Below are positions 60,606 to 64,000 of a stretch of 64,000 bases of DNA, one piece after another. The stretch spans positions 29,937 through 93,936 of the forward strand of contig JBFXJJ010000009.1 in assembly GCA_050175015.1 (NCBI GenBank), read 5' to 3'. The translations under genes were made by a program, and so were the position numbers. Each line of letters begins with the position of its first letter. Within the stretch, counting starts at the first letter, position 1. The stretch is from Alphaproteobacteria bacterium. Lineage in GTDB: Bacteria; Pseudomonadota; Alphaproteobacteria; JBFXJJ01. The notes beneath the pieces were generated by a model, which was given only the letters and a program-made list of their open reading frames with translations, made no database searches and was not told the DNA's origin.

Positions 60606-62216
60606 TTAGGCAAGACGATGTCTTTTCTGGCGGGCAAGCTGCTCTGCTCTATAAATTTCATCATAGGTCATTTCTTTTTTTAGAAGACTACAGAATTTGC
60701 TAATAACAATATATTTTTCGCCAATCAAAAGACCTGATGCCGCTAAAAGCAGCCACATTAGAGCTTTGGATATATCACATCTTACCCCAACTCCCGAAAG
60801 GTACATTTCGGCAAGCATAAAACAGCTTAAAAGATGATTGCCATCGCTGGCTTCGGAAAACAATTCATGAGCTTTCTCGTAGTTGACGTCGACACCTTGT
60901 CCTTTTAGATACATTATGCCAATAGCATACTTAGCTTTAGGACTTCCTTGTTCAGCCGCTTTCTTAAACCATTCTAATGCGATTTTATGATCTTTGGGTA
61001 CCGAATTTCCTGTTTTGTAAAAGTTTCCGACTCTGATTTGGGCATCTATGTCACCTAACTCGGCAGCACTTTTAGTCAGTTTTAGGAATTCTTGATAATC
61101 TTTTTTGGTTCCTCGTCCTTTAGCATATAAGCAGGCGAGGTGAGATTGAGCCATAGCATTATTATTGGTAGCGGCTTTTGACAAGAGCCTGAAAGCCTCA
61201 TCATCATTACGTTCTATGAAAACGCCTTCGGCGTACATCGTTCCAAGATAAGCTTCGGCATTAGGTTCTTCTTGTTCCGCTGCTTTTAAAAACCATTTTA
61301 CGGCTTCTCTTTCATCTTTTTCAGTGCCTATACCTTTGAGATAATGATAACCGACTTGATATTGACAGTGAGCATCTCCTGCAATGCCGCCTTTGCGCAG
61401 CCATTTGATAGCTTCAACAGAGTCACTAGCTACCATACTGCCTTTTTCATACATATCAGCTAGCAGTAATTGGGCTTCTACAACATTGCTGTCACCAGCT
61501 TTCTGAAGCCATCTAAGTGCAGTTTCTTCGTTTTTTTCAACGCCACGTCCCTCGGCAAACATTTTGCCCAATCGTAATTGAGCTATGGCATGGTGTTTTA
61601 GAGCCGCATTCAGATACCATTTGGCGGCATTAGTGTCATCTTGAGGAAGTCCTTGTCCTGTTTCAAACAATCTTGCAAGATTATATTGAGCTGAAACCGA
61701 GCCTTCTTCAGCCGCACTGCGTAAAAATTTTATGGCATTAGGGTCATTAATGTCTAAACCGCGACCATTATCATACATTCTTTTTAAAAGAATTTTAGCA
61801 TCACTGCTTCCTTGTTCTGATGCCAGTTTGTACCATTTGACAGCTTCTAAATCGTCTTGGGTAACACCAATGCCTTCAGAGTATAGAAGACCTAGGTTGT
61901 TTTGAGCGCCGATGTTGCCTTGCTCTGCCGCAAGTCTAATCCATTTGGCTGCTTCTATATCGTTTTGGGTAACACCCCTGCCATTTTCATACATTAACCC
62001 GAGGCTGTATTGGGCATCAGCATTGCCGCCTTCAGCAGCTCGTAGGAAAAATTGGGAGGCACGTTTTTCGTTATAAAAAACAAGCTTGCCCTGTTGATAA
62101 AGCAAGCCCAGTGTATACTGCGATTGGGAGTCCCCTTCTTCAGCCAATTTTTGCAACTGTAGAAGCTTAGTCTCATCAATGGTATCTAGTGCAGGATCTG
62201 CCATAACTTTTCCCAA
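60606..62216 (-). CDS. Sel1-repeat protein
   Basis: About 13 AQY.LG..Y..G.GV..D..EA.KW...AAEQG repeats; no signal peptide. Confidence 0.92.
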   Translation of the reverse strand: MGKVMADPALDTIDETKLLQLQKLAEEGDSQSQYTLGLLYQQGKLVFYNEKRASQFFLRAAEGGNADAQYSLGLMYENGRGVTQNDIEAAKWIRLAAEQGNIGAQNNLGLLYSEGIGVTQDDLEAVKWYKLASEQGSSDAKILLKRMYDNGRGLDINDPNAIKFLRSAAEEGSVSAQYNLARLFETGQGLPQDDTNAAKWYLNAALKHHAIAQLRLGKMFAEGRGVEKNEETALRWLQKAGDSNVVEAQLLLADMYEKGSMVASDSVEAIKWLRKGGIAGDAHCQYQVGYHYLKGIGTEKDEREAVKWFLKAAEQEEPNAEAYLGTMYAEGVFIERNDDEAFRLLSKAATNNNAMAQSHLACLYAKGRGTKKDYQEFLKLTKSAAELGDIDAQIRVGNFYKTGNSVPKDHKIALEWFKKAAEQGSPKAKYAIGIMYLKGQGVDVNYEKAHELFSEASDGNHLLSCFMLAEMYLSGVGVRCDISKALMWLLLAASGLLIGEKYIVISKFCSLLKKEMTYDEIYRAEQLARQKRHRLA

Positions 62217-62311
62217 ATCGCAAGCTAAGTTTTCACCTAGTTATATTGTATCATAACTCTCAGTTTATTACAATTTTAGTTAAAATATATTAAAGGAATT
62301 GTTATTTATTG

Positions 62312-63532
62312 TTAAATATGTTTCTTTTTGGAAATTTTTACCAGCATTACGCTCAAAAAGAGACCTGCCAGCCACCAATTCTGCCAAATGCCGAAACTAA
62401 AGGAAGCTATAAAAAATCCAGAAGCAGAAACGCTGGTGATTGTGGCTGCTGTTATAATATCATCATTGCGTATGCGCTTTAAAGCCGTTTTCATAATTTG
62501 AAAAATCAGCAAGGCAAAAGCTGCGATTCCAAGAAGACCTAATTCGAGCCATACTTGAATAGCCATATTGTGAGGGTGTAAGGGAAGAGCTGATGCAAGG
62601 TGAGGATGATCTTCATTTTGTTCGGTCGTAATAATCTTTTGCGGAGCGGTCTTTCCAAGTTCCCTAGAGGTTTCTAAGCCATAACCTAATAAGGGTTTAG
62701 CGGCAATAAGTTTAGAGCAATATTCCCATATCACAAGCCTATGGCGCCAAGATGACGGAATTGATGAGGCATAATCTTTGGTGGTATCAAAATTAACATA
62801 ATTGAGCGAAATGTATGGTGCACTTGTCAGCGCTATGATGATACAGCTAAATATCACAATAATAGCTGACTTTCGTAAAGAATAAACTAAGATAAAACTA
62901 ATAAAGCTTAGTAGAATACTAATAATAGCTGAGCGCATAGGAAGCAAAGTAATAATCAAAAAGCTTGCAAGCAGAAAAAGAATAGACTGCCAGAGTTTTT
63001 GCTTCTGTTTATAAATCATAACTGAAATAGGCATAGACATAACAGCAAGCAAAGCCGCTCCTCTTCCTATGCGTGTAAAATTAAGCTGTTCCTCACCTTT
63101 TATAAGAGAAGCGAGAGTTGCGCCTGTTGCTAAATCAAAACCATAAAAAACAAGCAGTAAAACAAAGGCTGTAATTAAGGTTTTTTGCAAAGCAGAAGAG
63201 GTTCTGGCATCAAGATTTTTAATAATGGAAAGATTAAGATTTAGAACCAAAAATAGTATCAAAATGCGGCTGGCTAAGCTCAATGATACGGAAGGCATAA
63301 TTGACCATAAGGAACTAAGAAAACCAATAGCAATAATTGCGAGGACACTAAGGAAGCAAGATTGATTTATCTGTTGTTTGATATTGAAAAAAAGAGGCGC
63401 AATTTTATGTTTTCCTATAGCGGCTACCGCTAAAGCTATAACGGTTGCATTGCTTGCATAAGGAACAATTAAGCATAAAGCAAAACAAGCAAAAAATAAG
63501 CCAAATTGGTTTTTTATTAAGGACAAATTCAT
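62312..63532 (-). CDS. O-antigen ligase/polymerase (Wzy_C) family protein
   Basis: Multi-TM; S.RHRLVIW, PLLGYG, HPHN..IQVWLELG.LG. Confidence 0.88.
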   Translation of the reverse strand: MNLSLIKNQFGLFFACFALCLIVPYASNATVIALAVAAIGKHKIAPLFFNIKQQINQSCFLSVLAIIAIGFLSSLWSIMPSVSLSLASRILILFLVLNLNLSIIKNLDARTSSALQKTLITAFVLLLVFYGFDLATGATLASLIKGEEQLNFTRIGRGAALLAVMSMPISVMIYKQKQKLWQSILFLLASFLIITLLPMRSAIISILLSFISFILVYSLRKSAIIVIFSCIIIALTSAPYISLNYVNFDTTKDYASSIPSSWRHRLVIWEYCSKLIAAKPLLGYGLETSRELGKTAPQKIITTEQNEDHPHLASALPLHPHNMAIQVWLELGLLGIAAFALLIFQIMKTALKRIRNDDIITAATITSVSASGFFIASFSFGIWQNWWLAGLFLSVMLVKISKKKHI

Positions 63533-63539
63533 AATTATC

Positions 63540-63987
63540 TTATTCAAAGCATCGTTTAAAAATAGTATCAATATTTTTCAAGTAGTCATTGACATTAAAA
63601 ATCTGATTTAAGTCATCAGTTGATAAATAAGTCCCTATTTTAGGATCATTATAAATATCTTCTTTGAAATTGCTTTTGTTTTCAAATGCCAGCAAAGCTT
63701 TTTCTTGAACCATTTTGTAGGCATCTTCTCGGCTTACGTTTTTTTGAGTTAAGGCTAAGAGAATTTTTTGTGAGAAAATAAGCCCTTGCAGAAAGTCAAC
63801 ATTTCTTGCCATATTTTCAGGATAAACGACTAGATTTTTAACAATACCAGTAAGGCGTGACAAAGCAAAATCCAAAACCGTTGTAGCGTCTGGAGCTGCG
63901 ATTCTCTCAACCGCAGAATGAGAAATATCTCTTTCGTGCCACAAGGCTACATTTTCTAAGGCTGGAGTAACGTAACTGCGCACGAGA
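63540..63987 (-). CDS. purB: Adenylosuccinate lyase, C-terminal part (truncated at contig end)
   Basis: ENVALWHERDISHS.VER, SREDAYKMVQ. Confidence 0.95.
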
Positions 63988-64000
63988 AGATCGGAAGAGC
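63988..64000 (+). other. Illumina TruSeq adapter remnant (assembly artefact)
   Basis: AGATCGGAAGAGC as the last 13 nt. Confidence 0.93.

Overview
AT-rich chromosomal segment of an alphaproteobacterium, probably Rhodospirillales-like. This is inferred from the divL-tsaE-amgK-murU-addB-addA-trxA block, the plsY-dprA-topA-rnr-rpmG block, mucR and flbT. It is mostly housekeeping. It also holds the 3' end of a type IVb-pilus PilR-like gene, an isolated ygeW-ygeY pair, a rearranged group-4-capsule (yjb/gfc) export locus with nucleotide-sugar genes, two Sel1-repeat proteins and tRNA-Ala(GGC). The strongest unexplained signal is five scattered, unrelated proteins without signal peptides (a papain-like Cys-His protein, two small membrane orphans, a very basic orphan, and a PepF with an added tail) that end in a similar Asn/Lys-rich segment finishing in Arg (Lys in one). 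This suggests a shared C-terminal export signal, possibly with two paralogous small acidic chaperone-like genes. Also seen: a dispersed ~65-bp palindromic intergenic repeat between convergent genes, a MITE-like element with 20-bp terminal inverted repeats, and an apparent triplication of the YjbH middle domain. The last 13 nt are Illumina adapter. All calls come from reading motifs by eye; no searches were run.
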